This document shows positions 52,071-64,000 of a DNA stretch of 64,000 nucleotides, in pieces. Location: contig NW_026250412.1 of the NCBI RefSeq assembly GCF_024521635.1, forward strand, positions 744,001 to 808,000, given 5' to 3'. Both the position numbers and the translations under genes were made by a program. Numbering within the stretch: the first letter of the stretch is position 1; every line of letters begins with the position of its first letter. Source of the DNA: Tricharina praecox (taxonomy: Eukaryota). The notes under the pieces are model-generated. The model searched no databases. It was not told the DNA's origin and worked only from the letters and a program-made list of their open reading frames with translations.

Positions 52071-52935
52071 GTGGGAAGTGGGTTTGTAGATTATTGTACT
52101 ATACTGGTACGTTGGGACCGGGTTATGGTCACTTTGGGCGAGTGAGATGTTACGGATGAGAGCGTTCGTTCACTCGTTCACTTGTATGTATGTGGGTAGG
52201 TAGGTGGGTAGATAATGATGCATGAAGCTACGAATGGAGGACCATTCGTTCACTTGTAAATAATGAAGCATGAAGCGAGCTATCAATCAATCCGTCCATT
52301 CACCAAAAACGAGGTAGGTATACCTCAACCTCAACCACAGCTCTTCCAGATCCACACAAGCACACTTAAACGATAAATGACAGATCTCAAGCTAAAAAGA
52401 AACCTGAAGGCCGACAGGCAGGCAGGCAGGCAGTCGCACAGGCAGCCGCGGAAGACAGTCGCGGAAGCCAGACGGAGGGAGGTTCGTTCGTTAATCACCT
52501 GAGCCACATAATGCACAACACAACATACAACACACAACACAACACACAACACACGGCAAAAAGATAGGTATGATAAGTAGTGTGCATAGTAAACGACAGG
52601 TTGATAGGTAAGGTAAGATGTAGAGTAGTAAAGTAAGTAAAGTAAGTAAAGTAAAAGCAGAGTTATTTCCCAAAGCAAGCAAAGTAGCATAAGTACACAC
52701 AGACGACAAAAGCACGGACGTGCACAACAAACAGAACAAACAAAACGCCATCACTTATTCGATCGACCAAGTGGAAATGGAATGTAGTAAAGTAAAGAGA
52801 AAGAGAAAACGACGCAAAAAAACACCCCCTTCCTTCCCATCTCCCGTCTCCCTTGCTCTTGCCCCCCTCGCCCCACGTGCATATCTAGGTAATCCAGTTT
52901 TTATGCCATATCGAACACCAGAACAATAGAACAGT

Positions 52936-54549
52936 CTACTTCCATATCGGCCGCTTGACAGTGCTCTTGACGCCGCTGCGAGTATCCCTACGCTTATCGT
53001 TCTTTCTCTTGGGGGTAGCCAGGAAGTCGAGGCGCGCCTTATCGAGGAGGCCCTTGCCCTTATCCATGATGTTGTCGCCATCGAAGCGGAGCTTCTTGCG
53101 GATGGGGCTTGAGGGGGCGGGGGCGGAGGTCATGTCGGTGTCCTCGTCGGTGTCCTGGCCCGCACGCTTCTGGTTCCCGTTCAGCAGAGCACCAGCTCTG
53201 GAGGGGAGGGTCGGCGCGTGGGCGGGGACGTCGGGGAAGACGGGCATGGTGGGGTTGTCGGCCGGTGCTTGGAAGCCCCAGTTTGCGGAGGGGGGTGGGT
53301 CACGGCTGCCGAAGGGGTCCTCGAGGTTTGTGTCGGTGATCTTGATGGGTGAAAGCACACCGACGTGGGTCGAAGATACCCTGGGGGTGGCCATCATAGC
53401 TGGTTCAGACGACTTCTTAAGTGGCTTGATGGCTCGAGGCTTGACCGTAGTGCCTGGGGCTTGTGGGAGGGAAAACTTCGGAGCGGCGGCGACGGTGGCG
53501 GGCGCAATGTTGTGGAACACCCGCGACGACGGAGTCACCGGTATCCTGGAAGTGGGGAAGAGGCGGACGGTCGGTTCGATGCCGGATTCTCGCGGGGGAA
53601 GAGCGGGCATTGGTCGCTTCTGGTTGCTGACGCGCCTAGCGACAGCAGTCCTAGCTGACGACAGCGCCTTAGGAGCTCTCTTCGGTGTGGCCGAGACGCC
53701 ACTGATCTTTGACGCAAAGCTGGAGACCGGCTCGATCTTGACCCTCTTCGATTTCCTCTCCACAGTCTGTTCGGGCAACTTCTTTACCGGCGATGGAGTG
53801 GGCGGGAGACTCTTCTGATCCAGCGTAGCCTGCGACTGCGTCCTCTTGATCCCCTTCTGCGGATTCTGCGGAGTCACGACCTTCCTCTTCGCGGCGTAAT
53901 GATCGGCAATGCTCGGCATCTTATCGAACTGGGCCTGATGGACCTCCGCGAACCTATTCCTCTTGATCGTGGTAGTCACCATCTTCGTCGGCGAAGCGAG
54001 CAGACTATTAGTTGGCGGTGTGGTGGGGTTGCTGATATCCATCTGCGCGCGCAAGTCCTTCGCCTTCTCCCTGACCTCGTCGAGCACCTTGCGACCGTAC
54101 TCTCCCAGCTCGGCACCGAAGCTAAACTCGAAACCCGACGCGTCACCGCCGAAAGCTCCAGGCATAGACGCCTGCTCCGCCAGCGAGGCCCTGATAGGTT
54201 TCCGCGCGGTCGTCAGAGGTGGCGGGGCGGCTAGAGTGTTGTCCCCACCGGTAGGCGTCTTGGGTAGTGATTCGCCCAGTTCTCCTAGAGACGGGTAGGA
54301 AATTGGTGTGGCCTCGGCAGTGGCGGCGGAGACGGGCATTCTCGATCTTGGGGTCTTGGTGGGTCGTTCAGCCTTTTTTCGTGCGGGTGTGGACGCGGGT
54401 TCGGCCAGCTTGGGGGTTACATCAGTGGACGGTTCGGACGACTCGGACATTGGCTCGCGGAGGAGAGGATAAAGTACAGAGGGTTCGGCGGCGGCGGCGA
54501 CGTCGGTGGGTGCTGCTGCTCGTGCGGTTGAGCGTGTAAATCGCGCCAT
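52936..54549 (-). CDS. Basic Pro/Ser/Thr-rich hypothetical protein with NuSAP-like motif (possible microtubule-associated protein)
   Basis: First ATG of the long ORF is at 54549 (MARFTRSTAR...), about 537 aa, no introns needed. Motifs RFAEVHQAQFDKMPSIADHYAAKRK and ARLDFLATPKRK; many TP/SP sites. Confidence 0.75.
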   Translation of the reverse strand: MARFTRSTARAAAPTDVAAAAEPSVLYPLLREPMSESSEPSTDVTPKLAEPASTPARKKAERPTKTPRSRMPVSAATAEATPISYPSLGELGESLPKTPTGGDNTLAAPPPLTTARKPIRASLAEQASMPGAFGGDASGFEFSFGAELGEYGRKVLDEVREKAKDLRAQMDISNPTTPPTNSLLASPTKMVTTTIKRNRFAEVHQAQFDKMPSIADHYAAKRKVVTPQNPQKGIKRTQSQATLDQKSLPPTPSPVKKLPEQTVERKSKRVKIEPVSSFASKISGVSATPKRAPKALSSARTAVARRVSNQKRPMPALPPRESGIEPTVRLFPTSRIPVTPSSRVFHNIAPATVAAAPKFSLPQAPGTTVKPRAIKPLKKSSEPAMMATPRVSSTHVGVLSPIKITDTNLEDPFGSRDPPPSANWGFQAPADNPTMPVFPDVPAHAPTLPSRAGALLNGNQKRAGQDTDEDTDMTSAPAPSSPIRKKLRFDGDNIMDKGKGLLDKARLDFLATPKRKNDKRRDTRSGVKSTVKRPIWK

Positions 54550-55170
54550 GTTGTGAGAAATTGCAGGATTTTTGTGGTCGCTTTGTTCGTCGACCCGAGT
54601 ATGTGAGAGGCGATGAAAATTGACGTGTTGCGGTGTGAGTTGTGAGTTGTGATGGTGACTAGTGGTGGTCGTGATGGGTTGTGGTAAATATCGCGGGTGG
54701 TAGGGGAGACGGGCGGGTAGGGTAGTAGACAAAGACCTGAAGTTTGTTGTTGGGGTCGTTGCCGAGTGTGAGTAGACAGACAGGGGCTTCACGATGAAGT
54801 GTGTCGAGGTGATGTGGTTGGCCACTCGTGTTTTGTTTATGTTCTGCCTATAAGCAGCAGAGCCGCCCTGGCTTGGCACACAGCTCGCATCCCTGCAGAC
54901 GATCGTCCCTCCTCTTTCCCGCGCGCATCACCGCTTTAGACTCTAGAGTGGGGTTTCCATGTGATGTGACGACGACGGACGTCTCGCCTAGATCCACCAG
55001 CGAAAGTATTTACGGATCTATTATCTGCACCTTGCGGCTGTGGTGTCACACCATACTTTCCGCAGCATTGCTCAGTGCACAAGGACAAATTGAATTCCAA
55101 CTGAGAGCTCAAGAAACCAAAGACCCAGTAAGGGACACTCCTACCCTTCCTCACCATGCGTCCACACACC

Positions 55171-57658
55171 TCAAATCTTCCAAAACTGCCAACTGTGTCA
55201 GTAACAGCACTTAGTAATAGAGTTCAACGAAACCTTACCTCCGCTGCCTGATCTTCGGTAACATCCGACGTATCACCCGCTTCCTCCGTGGTAATAAGGC
55301 CCAGATTAAACTTCCGGATGGTCTGCAACATGTCGTTCCGATCACCGTCGAGCTTCTTATCGATGATGTCCTTCTTCAACGCCCGCATTTGGGCATTATA
55401 GATATCGGCAAACTCATAGTCTCTGAACTCCTCTCTGACGACCCGCAAGATCTCACAGGCGCGGTTGTAGTTCAGATCTGCAAGCGAAGATTTAACGAGT
55501 TCTTTGACGTGGTCGAACATCTGTGTGCCGAGCTGGTGGAACTCGGATTCTTCCTGCAGAGCCCCGAGCTTCTGCTTGAACTCGGGAATCGCATTCTCAA
55601 GAGAAATTTTGGGCTTCTTGCTAGCAGGGGTGGCGCTGAGAAGAGCCTCGAGCTGGGAGCAGGAGGTTAGCTGATGCACAGAATGATTGAGATATCTAGG
55701 TTACTCACATCGAGACCAGACTTGGGCTTTGGTTGCTCTCGTTCCCGCTTCTTGCTCCGAGCTTTGACATCGACTATCACCATGTCAGCATCCTTCCAGT
55801 AAACGATGGGCGGGAGTGAAGGCCAACCTTTCTTGACATCGCAAGCGTTTATCAGCTTATCGAGGTGCTTCCTCGAACTTTCGACGGCTTCTTCGGGTGG
55901 GTGCGAGTACTTCAACAGGATATCGTAGGGTGGCGGCAACGGATCCTTCGGATGGATGGCGCGATGCTTGATAATCTGGTTGATGCGGTGTATTATCGGC
56001 GAGTAGGTATCTTCAACCGGTGCGTATTCCATTGGCTCTCCATCGTCATCCTTCCCGAACTCCGAGATGTCCATGCTGTCAACGTAGTCGCTCATGAACT
56101 TTTCCATGTCGTCGGTCGGGATGTTGCGATGTTTGTCCAGCGCCTTCCCGGTCACCGTCTTCACCTTGCCGAGAGGCGGGAACCTGTAGGGTCTGACATC
56201 CTCTATGAAAGGAACCTGGACGTCGATCAGGCACTCGAAATCGGCCTCAATCTCCGGCGCAAGCACCATCATGACAGGCGCATCCATCCTCTTCTTGACA
56301 AACCGAACCAGCGCATATGATTCAAGTTCGTACAGCGCGTGGATCAACGAAGACAGCGCAACAGCCGCCTTGCTGTTGCCTTTCTGTGGCACGATGGCAT
56401 TTGTCGTCGACATGTGAAAGTAACGTTTGTACTGGAGGGTAAAATTAGCCGAAGGGACAAGCTGCTGGTTCCTCCCTCCATACATACCCCTTCCGCCGGA
56501 ATGAACCCTATGATGTCCATGTTCGGCTCTGTCTCCAAAATGGCCACCTCCTCGTCCGTCTGGCTGACCGGGACCACGGTGCGTCCGTATTTGTACCCTT
56601 TCTCCGTCGCATCCTTATCGATTTCCATCTTGCCCTCCTTGTTATCGGCCCTGACCTCGTACGTGCGCTGTTGTTTCACGGTATCGATGTCCTTTGTGCT
56701 GGTATCTTCCAATGGCATTGTCTGCGCGGATTCTTCGCCTTCTCCTTCCTTGGATTCTGTCGTAACATAATACCGGCTGCACGACACCGGCTTTGCGACC
56801 GCCGTCCTGGGATATCGCTCGACATCTATCGCCAGTGCGGTATCGTACTTTGTCGCATCGCCCAGCGTAAGCTTCCCCTTATAGCTAGCCATCGGCCTGA
56901 CAGCCTTCAACCGTGGGCGTCCCAGCTCCGCCACGGCCTCGGCGATAGTTCCAAATCCGCCGCCCGTCGCCTCGGCCAGCTCCTTCAGCACCTTCTCATT
57001 CTCTCTTTTAGCCTGGGCCTTCCCCTCCTCCTTAACACCATACTCCTCGTCGTCAAAATCGACCCCTAACACAGTCAGGTTGATATTCTGCGCCTTGATC
57101 TCGGCGACGACGTTCTCGATCCCGTCCGTGTCGAACGAGCCAGTGCCGTTCGTTACAAATACGATCGACTTGATGTACTTCAGCTTCTTGCAGTGCGACG
57201 CGATCAGCTGCACCCCGATGATTAGCGCGGATATACCGTCGCCATGGTTGGTGCTGCTGGGCTGGAGTGCGAGCTGCAGCTCTCGCAGTCGCGGCATCAG
57301 GAACCTATCCTCTCCGTCAGCCACCACACAAATGCGGGCTCAGTCCAGCTTACTGCGACAGCGGCGCCAAAACACTGATATGTTCGTAATCCTCCTCCTG
57401 CGCAAGTTCATTCTCCGAGCCTACACCGCCCGCTTAGCCCCCGCCATCCCCATTATTTTTTAAAGACAATGAACCATCAGTCCTAACAGCCACAACACCG
57501 ACGAGATCCGTCTTCCGCCCGTTCGATACGGTAGTCGTGATCCGGTCCCATACATAGCGCATCGTGAACTCAAGATCCGTCTCGCTGCGGCCGTGCCGTG
57601 TCTGGCCCATCGACCGCCCCACGTCGATGATGTACAGCGTGGCTTGCTTGTCCGCCAT
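55171..57658 (-). CDS. KU80: Ku80 subunit of the NHEJ Ku heterodimer
   Basis: [18 protein letters not shown] vWA start, [58 protein letters not shown]. Several introns; final micro-exon FWKI* (TGA 55173-55171) inferred. Confidence 0.95.
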
Positions 57659-58831
57659 TTCGAGGGTTGTGGAAGGGTAGGAGGGGGTGGGCGGGGTGAT
57701 GAGGGTGCGTGCTGGGGATGGTGGTGCGTGGTGGTGGTTGTGCTGGTGCTGATCGTGGTCGTGTTGCTGGTCGTGGACGTGGGCGTTGTCGTGGGCGTTG
57801 ACACGGTGAAAGGTTGGCCGGGAAGACGCGTCCGTTGTCCACAGCTGGCGTTACCTGTCGTTGAGTCACTGGACAACGTGTTTTGGCCCTTGGCCCCTGG
57901 CCCTTTTGGCGCCTATGTAGTTACATATTACTCTAGCGCGCGCCGCTTGGCTGGTCGGTCGTCGGGCAATAGATGTGGCTCGTGTCAGCCACTCGTAACT
58001 GTGAACCTGGTCATCGGAGTCGGGGTCGGCAATAACCCCCCACCCCCACACATCAGCCATCAGCCATCAGCCATGTAGGTACTTATGTAGAGGACTTGGT
58101 TACTCCGGTATGATGGCTACTCCGATTCTCCCATACCCTCAACCTGTGGCCTGGGACCTGGGGCCTGGGTAGTGGGAGCCTGGGAGGTTTTGACATCTGT
58201 CACGGTCCCACGGACTCACGGTGTCACAGTATCCACTGTCCCCTTAGGACCCAGATATTTGTTATTTTTGGTTCTTTTATTCCGGCGAAAACCAGTACCG
58301 GTGCCATGTACCCAGCTGTTTTGTGGCTGATGATTCCAGCACTCGGCACTGGCCACATCTTCCATTGTATGGTACCTACAGTGTCCCTGCTCTAGCATGT
58401 GCGAATCGGACACTCGGAGTCCCACAACTCCGCACTCCGCACACTCACACTCCGCACTCCGCACCTTTCCACCGGGGGGCTGACAGCAGAGACCAACCAA
58501 GCGCGCGGCGCGGAGCGGCGGGGCAGGACAGGGCGCGGACTTACGGCACTCGATCGTTCCGCTGCCTCTACTATCATACTGCTGCTGCTGCGGTGAGAGA
58601 GAGAGAGGGCTCGGACTCTCGGACAATCATTTTCACCGCCTCCGACTGCACCTATCATACCTACTGTAGCCACCCAGGTAGTATTCAGTCCCCCGGAATT
58701 CAGTCCCCTTTCATCAATCAATCGCCATGATCTAGAATCTAGATTCTATGCATACGGTATGATACGGTACGGTATGATACATACAGTATGTAGAGGAGAG
58801 GAGGAGAGAATCGCAAAACAAGAATCTAATT

Positions 58832-58903
58832 GCACCCAGCACCCAGCACCCAGCACCCAGCACCCAGCACCCAGCACCCAGCACCCAGCGCCCAGCACCC
58901 AGC
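58832..58903. repeat. (GCACCCA)10 heptamer microsatellite
   Basis: Ten tandem units with one substitution. Confidence 0.9.
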
Positions 58904-59611
58904 AGCAGCTCAGCCACCCCCCTCCTCCTCTTGCCCCTCCTCCCCCACCTATGTAGAAATGAGAAATGAGATCACTATGATGATGGGATGGGACACATCT
59001 CCCCTTCCTTCCTTCCGTCCTCCGTCCGCTGAGTGCTTCACACGCTAATCATACACAACCCCCTCACATCCAGTCACCACCAGCGACCACCCTCCACCGA
59101 CCTCCACATGGCACACACCCAGAAACGATAACATAACAGCGCCCAACCAATGGTCCCGTAAAAAAAAACCCAGCCTAAGCCCCACAGAACAGAACATGAC
59201 AGAGGAAAGCAAACACGCATAAAAATGAAGAGAAGAGAAAAGGTTTTGTCCCAAATAACATGCAAATGATGTAGCTGCTTTGTAGCAGCACTAAATAGTA
59301 GCCCCCCAAAAAATGACAAGTAAAAGAAGAAAAAAAATCAACCCCACCCGCCCCTGACTCCTTGTGCAAATTCCCCGGTAACAATTGTGTACAAGTATCC
59401 CCGTCCGTCCGTCCCATCTGTCCGTCTGTCCGTCTGTCGTGATCGATGTCGATATCGATGTCGCTGTCGACGTCGAAAATCCATAAGCTGGCGTAGTGTC
59501 CAGTCCAGTCCAGTCCGATCTATCCCGTCCCGTCCGTCCCATTCCGTCCGTCTCGTAGCCGCGTAATAACCATGCGGACCCTTTCCCCCACCTATTCCCC
59601 CGCGTCTCCAC

Positions 59612-62600
59612 CTACATGGTACCATTATTTCCTTCGGGCCAAGGGGCCTGGCCACTGACGTCTGCCCAATCCCACTCGAAGGTCATTGGCATCTGCCACA
59701 GATCTTGTGGGACAAACGGCTGCTCGAACGAGTTTCCGGACACGAGCGGCAGGTTTGGTGTGTGCACTATGTTGGTCGGCGTCGATGGAGCCGATCCCAT
59801 ATCGTTGAACCACGAAAGCGAGTTTCCCGGCGAGAGCGCCTGGACTAGGTCGCCGCCAAACAACTATCGTACAGACCAAGTGTCAGTAATCACATCCCCA
59901 GCCTCGACTGACCCCGAGGGGCACCGTACCTGAGAGTTCATGTCCATCTGCAGGCCATGAACGTTCGCTGCTCCATCCGGAACTGTTGTTTGAGTTTGCG
60001 AAGTGGCCGGTTTATCGACGGGTTCCGGTCTCCGTGGCTCGGGGCGAGGATTCCGGTGGTGATGATCGTCCGCCTTCCGCTTCTTCTTGCCCAGGCCATC
60101 CTTCTCCGCCTTGTCGAGCACGATCTTTGCGATGCGCTCGAATTCTCCGCACACAACCAGCATGCGTTTGACGGAACCGTCCTCAAACGTCAACGCATGG
60201 TCGTCCATCTCGTCGAGATCCAGAACGCTGCGGAGGAACTGCACCACGATGTGCATCTGCGTGAGGTCGACTCTTGCTCGTGGGTCCTGCGGATTCTGGA
60301 GGATGTTCGCGAATAGGGTAACGAGGGCCGAGACCGGATAATACATCACAAGCCTGGCACATGTGTCAGCGGTCAGAGTCCGAGTGGTGTAGGTGAGTAG
60401 GCACAATAAAGGTATTACCATATGCAGGGGTAATCCAGCGGGTCCAGATACTTGATCAGACTGATGGATGCCCTTGCAGCCGAGACGCACAAAGCTGCAC
60501 TCGAGAAGACCCGAGGGTTAAGGGGCTTAGCACTTAGACCAGATATAGCATAGTTAGACAGCCGGCTCGTCCAGTATCCGTGGTGAATGGACATCCGGTG
60601 TATTGTCGTGAGGCAGTTGTAGTAGGCGAAGTGGAGGAGCACGACGTGCATCATTTTAGCGCTTTCCTCCTCAAAAAGCAGTTCGTTGTCGGGACCGAAC
60701 TCGGCTGGAACAGCCTCCCTCCACTCTTCCAGCTCCTTGTCCAACTCACCGATCGTATTCAGCAACTCGCCGTCAGACTGCTTCGACGCCCTAGCCGAAT
60801 AGAGTTGCATGTAGACCTTGCTCTGGATTACCGAGAATTCAACCATGCACCGGAAAAGGTTGAATTTGCCCTTGGATTTGATGAGGGGAACGTCGCCGAC
60901 TCCGTCCAGAGGATGCTCATCCGGTAGCTCAACGTTGCAGTCATCGTCGTTGATGCATGGTGGGCGTCCAGATCGCAGGGCCATGTCCTTGTCGAGCATG
61001 TACAGGATCCAGAATATCCGCCGTCTCTGCTCAACCTCGAGTGTATGAAGTCCGAACGAACTCCCCCGCCGGTGCATGCCGATACTTGTTGCGATCCTGA
61101 CGGCCGCGGCAATCAGAAAATAGGACGGTTGTGGATTTGCAGTTCCCTGCATGAATAACGCCTGTGGAACAATTAGAACGCTATGATACCCGGTGGCCCT
61201 TACGGACATATCATACCATCGCCAGAATGGCTTGTATGCTCATCAGGTCAGTATTCCTGAGCAATAGTTCTGTAAGCACTGTTGCCGCATTCTGGAAATA
61301 TCCCCACGCCTCCCGAACATGGCGGACGACGGGTATTGGCGCATCGGCGGGCGGGACCGGTGTATGTGAAATCCGTAATCGACAAGAGATGGCTAGAACC
61401 ATATTGAAAGCCGCATACCATCCACTGTCTGTTGGTGGGTTGTCGGTGTACTGTCTATCGAAGAGAATCTCGAATGACGCCTTATGGAACAACGGAAATA
61501 GCACATTGAAGCCACCGAAGAAATCTACCAAAACCCATCAGACTATATTTGCCCCCCCCCCCCATCCGTGGTGGCAATGAGCCTTACCTTGCACTAACTG
61601 CAACGCGACTTCCTTCGGTGGTGGTGGACTTTTCCCACGATGGTCGAACAGATCGCCGCACATATCGGTATTCCACATACAAAACGGTTTCTTCTGTTGC
61701 TCCTCCGTAGCTTCCTGGATCATCTGCTGGAAGCTGGTGTCGCCGGTCTTTTCGTTTACCCACTGTATTCCTTGGGGCGAGAATATCGAGAATCCCGATG
61801 ATGACCCTATACCGAGACCGTAAGATCAGAACCGAAAGAGAAAAAAAGACTGTCGGAAGTTTTCCACATCGAAAGAACATACCAATAAACCTTGTCTCGC
61901 CGCAGTTGTTCGTGACCAGTGAACACATTTGATCTGAAAGAACTTCAACCTCAACTATATCTTTTGATACCGTAGGGGAGCCAGAATTACTCTGCAACGT
62001 AGACGATGCGGGCGTTCCATGCGCGGATTCGGACGAGGACCTTCCGATGAGTGACGGTGGAGCTTGTGACGAAGCCGCCGACTCCTGTAACCGTCGCTCA
62101 AGGTCTCCTAGGTCCACCGAGTTCTCGTCTCCCTCAGAAAGAAGCCCGGACAGCTTGAGAAGATGTTCCATACGTCCGAGACGATTCTCCAGACCTTCGA
62201 TATACTTTGCCCTGGGACCGATCAATCAGCAAGTGTTCATCACGGGCATCGCACAACAACAACCACGACCATCACCACCGGCGCCACCACCACCGGCGCC
62301 ACCACCACCGGCACCACCACCACCACCACCGGCGCCACCACCGCGGTCGCGGTCGCCGCCACGACCTCCGGGGGAGCCCACGGGGACCGACTAACCCTTT
62401 AGGAGGATTCCTCTTCTTCTCGACCAGGGTGAAGACGCATTCAGTCTTGTAGTTGACGCAGTGGGTGCAGGCGGGGAGTTTTCCATCGCATTTGATCTGT
62501 TTAATGTTCGTGAGTATTGGTGTGCTCGGAGCAAGAGGTTCATGACTTGCGGCAGAGAGAGTTATGGCACACTTTCTTCTTCCTGCACATGTCGCAAGCT

Positions 62601-62776
62601 CTCGCTATCCTACGGCGCTTTGCGCCCTCGGCGCCTCCATCCGATTCCGACGGCGGCGCTGCCGAGTTGAACATGGCCGCCGGCACCGTCGTACCATTGC
62701 CGCTCCCCCCGTTTCCCCCGTTTCCGAAGAATTGCTGCACCGGGGAAGGCGTGGACAAATTGACAATATTCGACAT
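59612..62776 (-). CDS. atrR: Zn(II)2Cys6 transcription factor with Fungal_trans domain, AtrR-like
   Basis: [76 protein letters not shown]-terminus [19 protein letters not shown]. Zn cluster is certain; AtrR orthology is from recall; the start codon (62776) could be preceded by another exon. Confidence 0.75.
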
Positions 62777-64000
62777 GCGGCGGCGGGGTAGTAGGAGAAG
62801 AAGAGGAGGAGGAGGAAGAAGTAGTGATGGATAATCTGAGACTACGGGGTGTGGCGAGCGAGCGAGCAGCAGCGGCGGCGGCGGCGGTGGGGCGGACGGG
62901 GCTGCTAACGTTCTACCTATATGGTGTGCGGCAATGACGGCAGAGCAATCTTTTTTTTTGTGTTTGTGATATTTGGGGGTCGGTTGTGTATGGGTTGGTT
63001 GGGTGGGTGGGTGTGGTGGTGTTGGTTCCTTTTCGACGGCCGGACTTAATGGGATATGGATGGAGAGAGGCGATAATGCAGTGTTTCGTGTCAAAACTCC
63101 GGTACTGACTGTTGATCCCTGACAACTGGTGACATTCGCACGGGTTCGATCCCTTTTTCGTCTCTCTCTCTCTCGGCAAATAGCACAGCCACCGGGAACT
63201 GGGGGGGAGGGGTTTTTGGGGTTCTGGGGGGGTGGTTTGAGGGAGGTTGAGGAGTGGACCAGTAGATTGGTAATTGGGAGTTGATGCGGGAGCGGTTCCT
63301 TCGCAATTTGATGGATGTGGGGCGGCGGGAAGATGATTGTGGACGGGGCCTAGAGGATTTGAAGGCAGGTTGGACAACGGATCTCCGAGTGATGTTGGTT
63401 ACATATAGCGAGAAAGAGACGTACTGGGCTCCTCGATGACTGATGGGGTGCAAAAAGCAAGAGCTGGGTTCAGGTTCAGGGCAGGCTAAGGGGGGGATAG
63501 GGATTGGACGATACGAATACGGGGGTGGTTGTGGCAGGCAGAGAATACTCGGCAAAAAAGGGAAGAAACACTAGGAGTGGGGGGGGGGACTTTGACTGGC
63601 ATCGGGCGGCAGCCGTGGGCTCCGACTGTTTGAATATACTAGGCACCGGGACATGCCAGACGATGCAGACATGTCCTACATACACGATCGGGGAGAGCAT
63701 GATTCCGACATGGTGGATTCTTCTCGAAATATCCCTCTCTGGGGGTGGGGAGGAGCGAGTCTAGAAGGTCGTAAAGAAGCGAGCAGCGCCATCGAGCTGT
63801 GATACATATGCCACAAGAGCCAGTCAGCGTCAAAGAGCAGAGTAGAGTAGGAGGACGAATCCTGCACTTGGGGCCGATGCCGCCGGGTGGACTTACGGAC
63901 TGTATCGGAAGCCGACAGTCGAATCAAACGCTGAGGCGGAGTTCGACCGCTTTCCCCGGAACTTCGGAGTCCGGCGAGGGCGCGGGGGGCCGGGGCCTTT

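Noticed and set aside
54550..54879. 110-codon in-frame extension upstream of the ATG at 54549
   Set aside because: No near-cognate codon in a compelling context; composition looks like 5'-UTR or promoter.
62255..62365. Poly-Pro/His/Thr ORFs from CCACCACCGGCG repeats
   Set aside because: They lie inside an intron of the Zn2Cys6 gene; simple repeat.

Overview
Euchromatic, intron-containing genomic DNA of a filamentous ascomycete, inferred from short GT-AG introns with CTRAC/CTRAT branch sites and microsatellite-rich spacers; Pezizomycetes is a guess, not demonstrated. I can model 17 protein genes by hand. In order: PAS kinase (partial), PRI2, the MKK1/2 MAPKK, pacC, RPT3, YTA12/AFG3, a BOR1-like transporter, BIM1/EB1, USO1, a Mug135-like protein, a small ORF missed by the ORF track, FWD-1-like F-box/WD40, Tls1/C9orf78, OCT1, a NuSAP-motif protein, KU80 and an AtrR-like Zn2Cys6 factor. 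There are also two intron-containing tRNA-Gly(GCC) genes. I see no intact transposon, CRISPR array or metabolite cluster. Family assignments come from recalled motifs, not database searches. The most interesting signals are: (i) both tRNA-Gly copies have identical mature sequences but an A2:U71 pair where glycine tRNAs normally have the C2:G71 identity pair; (ii) pacC has a ~1.1 kb AUG-free leader and an in-frame ATA in a perfect GCCACC-ATA-G context 46 codons upstream of the first ATG, a candidate non-AUG start; (iii) a strong-context uORF begins inside a putative 5'-UTR intron of the MAPKK gene.
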